32,000 nucleotides of DNA from assembly GCF_000284115.1 (NCBI RefSeq), contig NC_017080.1, positions 2,250,001 to 2,282,000 of the forward strand, read 5' to 3'. This document shows positions 1 through 9,374 of this stretch, one piece after another. Under the pieces are notes generated by a model. The model had not been told where the DNA came from and did no database searches. It saw only the letters and a list, made by a program, of their open reading frames with translations. Source of the DNA: Phycisphaera mikurensis NBRC 102666. Lineage in GTDB: Bacteria > Planctomycetota > Phycisphaerae > Phycisphaerales > Phycisphaeraceae. Each line of letters starts with the position of its first letter. The first letter of the stretch is position 1. Position numbers and translations under genes: made by a program.

Positions 1-1889
1 GCTACGTCTTCGAGGCCGTCGACGGCGACGCCCGGGCGTTCCTCGGCGCCGGCGGCGTGGCGGGCGGGCTCGACGCGGCGGAGCCGTTCGCCACCGAGCT
101 GACGCCGGGCTTCCAGACGCCCGAGTGGGCGAAGGACGCCGTCTGGTACCAGGTCTTCGTCGAGCGCTTCCGCAACGGCAACCCCGCCAACGACCCCGGC
201 GCCTACCCCTACGAGAACCTGCTGCCGTGGACCAGCGACTGGTGGGAGACGCACACCGCCTTCGGCGAGGCGGCCGGCGAGGAGAACTTCTACGAGGGCG
301 CCGGCAACGTGTGGGCCCGCCGCTACGGCGGCGACATCCAGGGCCTGCAGGAGGCGCTGCCGTACCTGAAGGAGCTCGGCATCACCGCCCTGTACCTCAA
401 CCCGATCTTCGAGGCCGACTCGATGCACAAGTACGACACGGCGGACTTCCGCCACGTCGACGACAACTTCGGGATCCTCGCAGAGAAGCGCTTCGAGCAG
501 GTGGCCGGCGAGACCGACGACCCGGCGACGTGGAAGATCACGCCGTCGGATCGGGTGTTCCTCGACTTCCTGGAGGTCGCCCACGCCCAGGGCTTCAAGG
601 TCGTCATCGACGGCGTGTTCAACCACACCGGCACCGCGCACCCCTTCTTCCAGGACGTGCTCATGCACGGCCCCGAGTCGGAGTACGCCGACTGGTTCGA
701 GGTCACCGACTGGGGCGACCCCGCGAACTGGGGCAAGCCGGAGATGGCCGGCGAGCCCGGCGGCATCCAGTACAACGCCTGGGACGGGCCCAGCGGCGCG
801 CTGCCGGTGTTCAAGAACGACCCGCAGACCGGCTTGGCGCCGGGGCCGCGCGAGCACATCTTCGCGATCACGAAGCGGTGGCTGGATCCCGACGGCGACG
901 GCGACCCCAGCGACGGCGTAGACGGCTGGCGGCTCGACGTGCCCGGCGACATCGCCCACCCCTTCTGGATCGACTGGCGGAAGGTCGTGAAGGATGTCAA
1001 CCCCGACGCCTACATCGTCGGCGAGATCTGGCCCTGGGCCCACCCCTGGCTCCAGGGCGATCAATTCGACGCGGTCATGAACTACCAGTTCGCGATGCCC
1101 GCGACCGACTTCTTCGCCGACGTGGAGAACCCGATGCCGCCGAGCGTCTTCGCCGAGCGGATGCTCCGCGTGGCGTACGGCTACCCCATGCAGGTCGCGC
1201 TCGCGCAGCAGAACCTCTACGGCAGCCACGACACCGACCGCTTGGCGTCGATGTTCGTGAACACGGACCGTCCCTACGACGGGATGAACCGGATCCAGGA
1301 CTCGGACCCGAGCTACGACAAGCGGAAGCCCGACGCCGAGGAGTGGGCGCGGATGCGGCAGGCGGTCGTCTTCCAGCACGCCTTCCTCGGGGCGCCGATG
1401 ACCTACTACGGCGACGAGGCCGGGATGTGGGGCCCGGACGACCCGAGCAACCGGGCGCCGATGGTGTGGCCGGACGCGGGCACCTTCGAGCAGGAAGGCG
1501 TGGGCTTCGACCCGGAGATGTACGCCTTCTTCCGCCGCGTCATCGCGATCCGCCAGCACCTGCCGGCGCTGCAGCGGGGCGCCTTCAACGTGGTGCTCGC
1601 CGACGACGACGCCGGCGTGTTCGCCTTCGAGCGGGTGCTCGGAGACGAGCGGGTCGTGGTGGTCCACAACCGCAGCGGGCGGGCCCGCGACGTGGAGGTG
1701 CCGGTGGACGCCGAGCGGGTGCTCGACCTGCTGGACCCGGCGACGGCTTCGGTGCCCGCGCCGGATCTCGCGGACCCGCAGCGGCCGGAGCTGGAGGTCC
1801 GCGGCGACGGCCCGGTGCTGCGGGCGAGCGGCGGCGAAGCCACCGTGCGGCTGCCCGCCTGGGGCAGCGCGATCCTCGTCGCTCCATGA
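1..1889 (+). CDS. GH13 alpha-amylase family glycoside hydrolase (cyclomaltodextrinase/neopullulanase-like), 5' truncated by window edge
   Basis: Open frame runs from position 3 (YVFEAVDGDARAFLGAG...) through the listed ORF 57..1889. GH13 motifs present: DGVFNHTG, DGWRLDVPGD (nucleophile Asp), IVGEIWPWAH (acid/base Glu), YGSHDTDRL. Confidence 0.93.
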   Translation, partial: YVFEAVDGDARAFLGAGGVAGGLDAAEPFATELTPGFQTPEWAKDAVWYQVFVERFRNGNPANDPGAYPYENLLPWTSDWWETHTAFGEAAGEENFYEGAGNVWARRYGGDIQGLQEALPYLKELGITALYLNPIFEADSMHKYDTADFRHVDDNFGILAEKRFEQVAGETDDPATWKITPSDRVFLDFLEVAHAQGFKVVIDGVFNHTGTAHPFFQDVLMHGPESEYADWFEVTDWGDPANWGKPEMAGEPGGIQYNAWDGPSGALPVFKNDPQTGLAPGPREHIFAITKRWLDPDGDGDPSDGVDGWRLDVPGDIAHPFWIDWRKVVKDVNPDAYIVGEIWPWAHPWLQGDQFDAVMNYQFAMPATDFFADVENPMPPSVFAERMLRVAYGYPMQVALAQQNLYGSHDTDRLASMFVNTDRPYDGMNRIQDSDPSYDKRKPDAEEWARMRQAVVFQHAFLGAPMTYYGDEAGMWGPDDPSNRAPMVWPDAGTFEQEGVGFDPEMYAFFRRVIAIRQHLPALQRGAFNVVLADDDAGVFAFERVLGDERVVVVHNRSGRARDVEVPVDAERVLDLLDPATASVPAPDLADPQRPELEVRGDGPVLRASGGEATVRLPAWGSAILVAP

Positions 1890-1938
1890 TGCCGGCCGCC
1901 CGCCTGGGCTTGGTTCCCCCTCCTCCTCCGGACTCCCG

Positions 1939-2949
1939 ATGCGAATGCTCCCTCTGCTCATCCTCGCCGCCGCCGCCGCGACGCTCCCCGCTTGCGCGAC
2001 GACCCGACCCGAAGCGGCGCCGCCGGCGTCCGCCCCGCCGCGGGCGTTCGCCGACGCCGTGGGGCTCGACAACGGCCGGGTGCGGCTGGAGGTCTCCCCC
2101 GCGGTCGGCCGCGTGGTGCACTTCGGGCCGGTGGGCGGGCGGAACCTGCTGTGGGTGGCCCCAGCGGGTGCGGCGACGACGCCGGGCGCCGACGGGCAGG
2201 CTTACGACAACGTCGGCGGCGACAAGCTCTGGCCGACCTCGCAGGCGCTGTGGGAGGCGGCGACGGGGAACCGGATCTGGCCGCCGGACGGCGTGCTCGA
2301 CGGCGCGCCCTGGGAGCTGGTCGTGGCCGACGCCGACCGCGTCGTGATCCGCAGCCCCGAGAGCGACGACTACAAGCTGGTGGTGACGCGGGAGTTCCGC
2401 CTGGAGGGTGCGGGTGCGCGGATCCGCAACACGCTGCTGCGGACCGCGGCGAACCCGTTCCCCGTGTCGGCCTGGACGGTGACCCAGGTGCCGATGCCAA
2501 GGACCGCCCTCCTGGACGCGGCGGGCGATCGCCCCGCTGGCACGCCGGCGTCGCGGCCCCTCACGCCGGAGACGCCGGACCGCATCGCGGGTCGGCTGGG
2601 CGTGGCGGGCGCGGCCGGGGCCGACGCCGGCGCCGTCGCGTGGGAGCAGGCGGGCCCGCTGCACGCGAAGCTCGGCAGCTTCGGCCGCTGGGTGGCCGCG
2701 GTCTACGACGACCTGACCTTCCTGCAGCGCACGGCGTACGACCCCGCCGGCGGCTACCTCGACGCGTCCAGCGTGCAGGTCTACCGCGGCGAGCCCTACC
2801 TGGAGCTGGAGCTCTGGAGCCCGCTGGCACAGCTCGCGCCCGGCGAGGAGCTGAGCAACGAGGTGGTCTGGGAGCTGATCGAGGCGCCGGCGGAGCGAGC
2901 CACGGCGGAGCTCCTGCGGCGGGACGCGGAAGCGGAAGCAGGCCGCTGA
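1939..2949 (+). CDS. Putative lipoprotein, DUF4380-like (carbohydrate-associated) protein
   Basis: Signal peptide with lipobox-like LPAC; GRVVHFGPVGGRNLLWV and DNVGGDKLWPTSQALWEAA pattern typical of DUF4380-like proteins; follows the GH13 gene on the same strand. Confidence 0.65.
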   Translation: MRMLPLLILAAAAATLPACATTRPEAAPPASAPPRAFADAVGLDNGRVRLEVSPAVGRVVHFGPVGGRNLLWVAPAGAATTPGADGQAYDNVGGDKLWPTSQALWEAATGNRIWPPDGVLDGAPWELVVADADRVVIRSPESDDYKLVVTREFRLEGAGARIRNTLLRTAANPFPVSAWTVTQVPMPRTALLDAAGDRPAGTPASRPLTPETPDRIAGRLGVAGAAGADAGAVAWEQAGPLHAKLGSFGRWVAAVYDDLTFLQRTAYDPAGGYLDASSVQVYRGEPYLELELWSPLAQLAPGEELSNEVVWELIEAPAERATAELLRRDAEAEAGR

Positions 2950-2987
2950 ACCGGGGCACTTGCGCCCCCCGCCCCCGGGGGTGAGCG

Positions 2988-3683
2988 TCAGGCGCCGGCG
3001 ACGAAGCGTTCGGGCAGCTCGGACAGCGTCTCCCGCATCGCCGCCTCGCCGCCGAACTGGAAGCCGAGCTGGGTCGTGTAGGCGGCGCAGGCGTCGAGCT
3101 TCGCCGCGAGCGCGGCGGGCCGCGCCGGCACGGCCTCGCCGCGGGTGCGTTCGGCCACGCCGCAGCGCAGCACGTACGGGGTGTCGAGCCAGTGGAGGCG
3201 GCGCCCCGGCGGGACGGCCGATCGGGCCGCGGCGATGACGTGCAGGTGATCGGCGTGGTTGCCCAGGCCGTGCGGAAGGTACACGCGGTCGGCCCCGCAG
3301 AATCCGCGGATCGCGGCCGAAACGGCGGCCTCGGTGCCGCGGTCCGCGGGCCGCACGCCGGCGAAGAGCTCCGCAGCGCTCCCGTAGCCGCGGTGAGGCG
3401 CCTCGGGCAGGTCGAGGTGGTGGACGCGGTCGCGGGCGAGGCCGAGGCGGGCGGCGGCGGCGAGGTCTTCCCTCCGGCGGAGGGCGAGGTAGTCGGCGTC
3501 CGCCGGCAGGCCCTTGTCCAGCTGGCAGGCGAGGGCGAACCCGGCCGGGTCCGGAACGCTGCGCGTGAAGACGGTGACCAGGTCGACGCGCCAGCCGTCG
3601 GCGACGAGCTGCGCGAGGGTGGAGCCCGCGGAGAAGGCCGCGTCGTCGAGGTGGGGCGAGAGGAAGACGGCGGAGCGGGTCAC
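2988..3683 (-). CDS. PIG-L family deacetylase
   Basis: MTRSAVFLSPHLDDAAFSAGSTLAQL and DRVYLPHGLGNHADHLHV metal-binding motifs. GTG start overlaps the upstream TGA (GTGA). Confidence 0.88.
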   Translation of the reverse strand: MTRSAVFLSPHLDDAAFSAGSTLAQLVADGWRVDLVTVFTRSVPDPAGFALACQLDKGLPADADYLALRRREDLAAAARLGLARDRVHHLDLPEAPHRGYGSAAELFAGVRPADRGTEAAVSAAIRGFCGADRVYLPHGLGNHADHLHVIAAARSAVPPGRRLHWLDTPYVLRCGVAERTRGEAVPARPAALAAKLDACAAYTTQLGFQFGGEAAMRETLSELPERFVAGA

Positions 3684-4900
3684 AGCAGGTGAGGCTTCGC
3701 CCGGTAGACGCAGGGCTCCGGCTCGCCTTCGAGTTCATCGAAGGCGTCGCGGGGCGGCGACGCGAGGACCGCCTCGTACACCCGCTCGATCGCGCCGGCG
3801 ATCACGGGCCAGGCGAAGTTCTCGCGGACGCGCCCGAGCGCGGCCGCGGCGAGCCGCTCGCGGAGCGGGGCGTCGTCAAGCAGGCGCCCGATCGCGGCGG
3901 CCAGCGCGGGGACGTCCGACACGGGCACCAGGAGGGAGTCGCGGCCGTCCTTCAGGCAGTCGACCACGCCGGTGGTCTCGCAGCTGACGATCGGCAGGCC
4001 GGTGGCCATCGCCTCGAGGATGGTGTTGCTGAAGCCCTCGGCGTGCGTGGGGCTGACGAAGAGGTCGGCCTCGCGGTAGACGGCCGGGGCTTGGGCGTAC
4101 GCGGCCGCGCCGGTGGCGGTGGCCCCGGGCGTGCCGGCGCACCGCGCGGCGACCTCCTCCTGGTCGGGGCCGATCCCGCTGACGCGGAGGACCACGTTGC
4201 GGCCGTCTGCGCGCAGCCGGTCGAAGGCGTCCAGCAGCTCGATCACGCCCTTCCGGCGGTCGACGCGGCCGTGGTAGAGCAGGCGGACCGGCGAGGACGC
4301 CGCGCCGGGCGCCCGTCCCGGCCGCGGGTGGAACCGGTCGGTGTCGACGGCGCCCGGCACGACGGTGAAGCCGGAGCGCGGCACGTCGAGCCGATCCGCG
4401 ACCGTTCGGGCGAAGCCGTCGCTGCCGATGATGACGGCGTCGCTCTGCGTGCAGACGCGCCGCATCGCGACGCGGTGCGTCGCGCAGCACTCCCCCACCC
4501 AGTGGCCATCGCCGCCCTGGATGCTGACGACCGCGGGCAGGCCCAGCTTGCGGGCGACGCGGAGGGCGGCGAAGCCGGTGGGGTAGCCGTACTGCGCGTG
4601 GACGAGGTCGAAGGGCCGCTGGGCGTGGCGACGCTCGACCTCGGCGGTCATCACCGCCATGTCGGCCTCGAAGTCGCCCCGCTCCTGCTCGTGCGTGCTC
4701 TCGAAGCCGACGACCTCGGCGCCCGGGATCGCGGGGGGCTCGCCGCCGCCGTAGACGCCGGCGCTCGCGCCGCCGTAGTACTGGCTGAGCATGGTGACTC
4801 CGTGGCCGCGCGCGACCAGCTGGCGGACCATGTTGTCGGCGTACACCGCCATGCCGCTGACCGTGGGGAAGTAGCGGCGGGAGAGGAAGCAGATCCTCAT
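3680..4900 (-). CDS. Glycosyltransferase family 4 (GT-B)
   Basis: MRICFLSRRYFPTVSGMAVYADNMVRQL N-terminus; VVPGAVDTDRFHPRPG, LLYHGRVDRRKGVIELLDAF, FVSPTHAEGFSNTILEAMATGLPIVSCETTGVVDCL. Confidence 0.93.
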   Translation of the reverse strand: MRICFLSRRYFPTVSGMAVYADNMVRQLVARGHGVTMLSQYYGGASAGVYGGGEPPAIPGAEVVGFESTHEQERGDFEADMAVMTAEVERRHAQRPFDLVHAQYGYPTGFAALRVARKLGLPAVVSIQGGDGHWVGECCATHRVAMRRVCTQSDAVIIGSDGFARTVADRLDVPRSGFTVVPGAVDTDRFHPRPGRAPGAASSPVRLLYHGRVDRRKGVIELLDAFDRLRADGRNVVLRVSGIGPDQEEVAARCAGTPGATATGAAAYAQAPAVYREADLFVSPTHAEGFSNTILEAMATGLPIVSCETTGVVDCLKDGRDSLLVPVSDVPALAAAIGRLLDDAPLRERLAAAALGRVRENFAWPVIAGAIERVYEAVLASPPRDAFDELEGEPEPCVYRAKPHLL

Positions 4901-4970
4901 CGCGCACGCTCCCGGAACCACCGGGGCGACGAGCCGACGCGGGGCCGCGGAGCGGGTGGCGCGAGGCGGC

Positions 4971-6443
4971 TCATGAAGGCTCCTCCGCGAGGGCGATGGC
5001 GTGCACCTCCGGCTCGCGGTAGAGCGCGTACAGCGGCTCCATCCGCTCGTCGAGCTTGGGCGTTGCCAGCCACGCGTCGCGGCCGTCGGGCAGCGGCACG
5101 GGCCGGGCGCCGGCGGGCGGCCGGCCGTAGCCGGCCAGGTCGCTGCCGCGGCCGACGAGCCGGTCGAGGTTGCGGGCGCCGATGCGGTGGTACGTCACCG
5201 TCTCGACCTCCATCTCCGGCACGATCGCCTTGCACGCGGCGAGGCCGGTCGGACCGTCGGGCAGGCAGTCCAGGTGGAAGACGTCCAGGCCTTCCGCGGC
5301 GTACCGCGCCAGCACCTCGTCGAGCAGCTTCTCGGGCGTGTCGACCCGTGCGGGCTCGACGGTCGGCAGCTCGCTGAAGCGGACCGTCGCCTCCACGCGG
5401 AAGATCGTCGGTTCCAGCAGCGCCATCGTCTCCTCGGCGGTGAGGTTCACGAGGTCGCGCACGCCCTCGAAGCTGCGGGACTCTTCGACCGTCGCGGGGT
5501 TCGCCCGGAACGCGGCGAGGTAGCCGTCGGGGAAGAGGTGCTCCATCCGGTCGAGCGGACCGTGGCTGAAGAACTTCCGCACCCGGCTGGCACAAAACTC
5601 CAGCAGCGCCTTCTGCAGCGCGGCCTCGCGATCGGGGTGCGCCGCCTCGCCACAGCCCGAGAGCATCACCGGGTGCGGGCACGCCGCGGGGTCCCGCTCG
5701 TGCCCCACCACGTACAGGTTGGTCATGCCCAGGTTCGTGTCGGCGAGCTTGACGATGACCTCGATGCCGAGTTTGTCGAGCGTCGTCAGCAGATTGCGGC
5801 TGATCGGATCCTCCACGCGGTCGAGATCCACGCGGATGCCGCGGTCCAGGGCGCGGTAGCCGGCGGAGTTGCCGTCGCGCTGCACGAGCTCGAGGAGCCC
5901 GTGGCCGAGCGCCCGCTCGTAGGTGTCCCCGGCGCCGTTGCCGTTGCTGACCGGCTGGTACAGCGGCCGCTCGCCCTCGGCGAGCCGGAGGTCGTAGGTG
6001 TGGGTGACGGCGGCTTCCACCGGGATCCAGGCCTCGGGCTGGTCGGCCCAAGCGACGCCGTCGACGTGCCGGCGGACCTTCACCCACGTCAGCTCGCGGT
6101 GCTCGTCCCACGCGGTGCCGGCGGGCAGCCGCAGGCGGCGGGGATCCACGGCGTCGAGGCCTTCGGCCCGCAGGCCGTGCAGGCTCGCGACGCGCCGCTG
6201 CAGCGCAGCCCCGGCGCGGTGCGCCGCGGTCTGCTCCAGGAGCTCGGCCCACGTGCCCACCAGCGCCCGCGTGTCGCTGGGCCCGTAGCCGATGCCGTTG
6301 ATCATCTCGCCGTCCTCCTGCCACTGCGTGACGCTCCAGACGGGCACACCGGTGACGTCGAGCGGCGTGATCGCGAACTCGAAGCTCCTCGCTTCGGGCG
6401 CGAGGCGGCGGAGGCGGTCGAGGGTGGTCTGGAGGTCAGGCAT
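4971..6443 (-). CDS. YcaO-domain protein (ATP-dependent cyclodehydratase/thioamide-type superfamily), substrate unknown
   Basis: 490 aa. INGIGYGPSDTRALVGTWAELLEQ, DRVEDPISRNLLTTLDKLGIEVIVKLADTNLGMTNLYVVG, and SGCGEAAHPDREAALQKALLEFCASR match the YcaO nucleotide-binding architecture. ATG overlaps the end of the upstream MBL gene. Confidence 0.85.
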   Translation of the reverse strand: MPDLQTTLDRLRRLAPEARSFEFAITPLDVTGVPVWSVTQWQEDGEMINGIGYGPSDTRALVGTWAELLEQTAAHRAGAALQRRVASLHGLRAEGLDAVDPRRLRLPAGTAWDEHRELTWVKVRRHVDGVAWADQPEAWIPVEAAVTHTYDLRLAEGERPLYQPVSNGNGAGDTYERALGHGLLELVQRDGNSAGYRALDRGIRVDLDRVEDPISRNLLTTLDKLGIEVIVKLADTNLGMTNLYVVGHERDPAACPHPVMLSGCGEAAHPDREAALQKALLEFCASRVRKFFSHGPLDRMEHLFPDGYLAAFRANPATVEESRSFEGVRDLVNLTAEETMALLEPTIFRVEATVRFSELPTVEPARVDTPEKLLDEVLARYAAEGLDVFHLDCLPDGPTGLAACKAIVPEMEVETVTYHRIGARNLDRLVGRGSDLAGYGRPPAGARPVPLPDGRDAWLATPKLDERMEPLYALYREPEVHAIALAEEPS

Positions 6444-7281
6444 TCGGTGCGGGTTCGGGGATCGGGAAGGGGTCGGCGGAGGGATCGCCCGCCAGCTGGG
6501 CGTCGAGCAGGGCCATCGCCGCGGCTTTGCCGCCGGAGGTCACGACCTCCCAGGGCGTGATGACGGCGTCGAAGTCCAGGGAGGCGAAGAGGTCGCGGTA
6601 GCGGCGGGCGTCGCCGTGGGTGATCGGGATGTGCGCGTCATAGGCCTTGTGCGTCGAGATCGTCTCGGCCACGCCCACCGTCTGCCCCTGCTCGGGGAAG
6701 GTGAACTTGAGCGCGTCGCCGCAGTACAGGCGGCCGTTGACGGCGTCGTGGAGGACGGTGTGGTCGGGGGTGTGGCCGGCGGTCCGGTGGAGGGCGAAGC
6801 CGGGCGCCAGCTCCCACGCCTCGTCGAAGGGGAGGGTCACCGAGAACGCCTGGCACCACGGCAACGCCTCCGCCTGGAAGACGGCCCGCGGCTCGAAGCG
6901 GTCGGCCACCCGCCAGAGGCCGCCGTACACGTGCGCGTGGCTCGCGGCGAGGAACGCGACGCCTCCGCGCGCCTGGAGGTGGTCCAGCGCCGCCTCGTCG
7001 TACCAGCCGCAGCCGTCGAAGTGCGCGTTGCCTCCGGGCGTCTCGATGAGGTAGCCGCTGCTACCGATTCCGATCGACGGGGTCGTGGTGAAGCGGGTGA
7101 CGCCGGGCAGCGGCTCGTCCCAGGACACGGCCTGCCGCGCGTCAACCTGCGCCGGCGTGGCGAAGGCGTAGCCGCCGGGCGGCAGCGGGTGCCGGTAGTC
7201 CTCGCAGACCGGGCAGGCGACCGGCTCGGCGGGACGCTTCTGCCAGAAGCCGCAGTTCTCGCAGACGTAGGGGCTCAGCAC
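6436..7281 (-). CDS. MBL-fold metallo-hydrolase with N-terminal rubredoxin/zinc-ribbon-like segment
   Basis: YVCENCGFWQKRPAEPVACPVCEDYRHPLP (CxxC...CxxC) then MBL-like motifs SHAHVYGG, RTAGHTPDHTVLH, LYCGDALKFTF, PITHGDARRY. Probable GTG start; the frame is open further upstream. Confidence 0.82.
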   Translation of the reverse strand: MLSPYVCENCGFWQKRPAEPVACPVCEDYRHPLPPGGYAFATPAQVDARQAVSWDEPLPGVTRFTTTPSIGIGSSGYLIETPGGNAHFDGCGWYDEAALDHLQARGGVAFLAASHAHVYGGLWRVADRFEPRAVFQAEALPWCQAFSVTLPFDEAWELAPGFALHRTAGHTPDHTVLHDAVNGRLYCGDALKFTFPEQGQTVGVAETISTHKAYDAHIPITHGDARRYRDLFASLDFDAVITPWEVVTSGGKAAAMALLDAQLAGDPSADPFPIPEPAPNA

Positions 7282-7407
7282 GCGGGGTCCTTTGCGGCGA
7301 CGGCGTGCCCGGTGGCCTCGGGTCCGCCCGACGCACCCCGGCCCGCCGCGCGTGTCCGCGTCGGGCGTGCCCGGTGCCGCCTCGGCGTCGTTGCAGCGGG
7401 AGCGGGT

Positions 7408-8430
7408 TCACCGGGCACGGGCTCCCTCCCCGGCGCAGCGGTCCAGCAGCCGCATCGTGTGCAGGTCTTCGTCCGGGTCGAAGCCGGCGAAGCTCCCGCG
7501 GAGGCAGGCGTCGGCGAAGGCCTCGACGAGGTTCAAGAAGGGGCTGCGGCCCTCCGGCGGGAAGCGGTGCGTCTTCGCGGATCCGTCTGCCGCCCGCGTG
7601 ATCGTCAGCGTTCCGCCGGGGTCCTGGCCCATCGTGTTCTCGCAGCGGGCCATGGCTTCGGTGCCGTACACCTCCAGCGTGCGGCGTGGGAAGGTTTCGG
7701 GGCGGTTGTAGGCGACGGTGTGGCTGAGCAGCACGCCCGAGGCGGTGCGGGCGGAGATCGCCGCGCCGTCGTCCACGGGCGTGTCGGTGTGGACGCGCCG
7801 CTGGAGGAAGCAGGAGACGTCCTCGATCCGCTCGCCGACCAGCCGCTGGAACAGGTCCAGCCCGTGCGGGGCGAGGTCGATCATGGCCCCGCCGCCGGCA
7901 CGCCGGGGATCGACCCGCCAGTTGTCGTGCGCTTCGGCGTTGGGCGGGGCCCAGTCGCGGCCGGTCCAGCAGGCGTAGTGGATGCGGACGCAGGTGAGGG
8001 TGCCGAGCTCGCCGGCGTCGATCCGCCGCTTCAGCTCCAGGTGGGCGGGGTGATGCCGCTGGTCGAAGGCGGTGGCGATGGGCACACCCGAGCGTCTCGT
8101 CTCGGCCACCATGCGCTGCGCCTCCTCGGCGTTGCGGGCGGTCGGCTTCTCGCAGAGCACCGGCTTCCCGGCGTGGCAGGCGGCGATGGACGCGGCGGCG
8201 TGCAGGTGGTTCGGCGTGCAGACGTAGACGGCGCCCACGGCGGGGTCGGCGAGCAGGGCCTCCAGCGAGCCGTGCGTGCGGTCGGCGCCGAGCGCTTCGG
8301 CCGCGGGCCGACGCGGATCGAAGGCCGCGGCGAGGTGGCCGTTGCGGCTGGCGCGGACCGCGGGCGCGGCGTAGTCCGTGGCCAGCCAGCCGCAGCCGAC
8401 CACGCCCCAGCCGACGCGGGCGCCGATCAA
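7408..8430 (-). CDS. Gfo/Idh/MocA-family NAD(P)-dependent oxidoreductase
   Basis: [20 protein letters not shown] Rossmann motif; [31 protein letters not shown]. Probable TTG start at 8430 overlaps the preceding TGA; the listed ORF start at 8469 is longer. Confidence 0.9.
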
Positions 8431-9374
8431 ACCGAGTCCCCCGTGCCGCAGCCGCCCCAGTCGCTCCACAGGCCGGCCGCCTCGAGCACGCGCCGCTGCA
8501 GCGCCTGCTCCGGCGCCTCGTGCACGATGTTCATGCCCACCACCGCGTCCGCGAGGACGAAGCCGGCGGACTCGGCGTGCCAGGCCATCTCCAGCGTGCG
8601 GTCGATCACGTCGGCCGCGTGGAAGCAGCGGGCCTCGGGGGTGTCGGTGCGCCTCGTGTGCCGGAGCGCCGCCCGCACGGCCGAGGCGAGCGGCGCGTCC
8701 AGCTGCTCGTAGGCCTTCTCGAAGGCCGCCGACGTCACCCGCTCGGCGAGGCCATGGGCGGCGAGCAGGCGGTCACCGGCGAAACCCACGTCGGGCAGGC
8801 TGGCATTGAAGAGGTGGTGGGCGAGGCCGATCGTGCAGACCACGCCGGCGTCGGCGCCGAAGGCCTCGCTCATCAGCACGGCGTAGGCGGCCGTCATCCC
8901 ACAGTGGTCGCCGTGGCTCTCGGCCGGCTCCAGGTAGAGCCGGGGCATCGACGGGTGCGTGGCACCGGCGCGGGGCTGGTCCATCAGCACGTCCACGAAG
9001 CCGGGCGGCCGCGCGCCGCACGCGTGGGCGCCCGCCGCGTCGGCCAGCGCGTCGGCGGAGGGCAAGAATCCGCGGACCGCGGCCGAAAACACGGCTCCGG
9101 CCTCGCGGTCCGCGGCGCCGTGGGCAGAGAGCAGCTCCGGCGTGAGCCCGGCGAGCGCGACCTGCGCGACCAGCCGGCCGGCGAGAGCCGAGGCCACCCC
9201 CGCCGGCGTCGCACCGGAGGCGAGCCGGCCCCACGCGTCGGCGAAGGCCCGATCGACCAGCGACCGCCGCCCACCGCCCGCCGTGCGGACCCGCTTAAGG
9301 CCGTTCATCCGCCGCAGCAGCGGCGCGAGGCGCGCGAGCGCCTCCGCCTCGTCGTTCGAAAGCCCCACGTTCAC
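8427..9374 (-). CDS. HD-domain-like protein with variant metal motif
   Basis: Conserved-looking [21 protein letters not shown]...[19 protein letters not shown]...[14 protein letters not shown] arranged like an HD superfamily core. GTG start overlaps the TGA of the upstream gene (GTGA). Confidence 0.65.

Noticed and set aside
2950-2987. ccccccgcccccggggg tract between the convergent DUF4380 and PIG-L genes as a terminator
   Set aside because: Low-complexity GC palindrome without a proper loop or T tract, too weak to call.
4901-4970. Short gap next to YcaO as a site for a RiPP precursor peptide
   Set aside because: Only 70 bp and no convincing leader/core peptide in the minus-strand frames; the provided ORF track also shows none confined to it.
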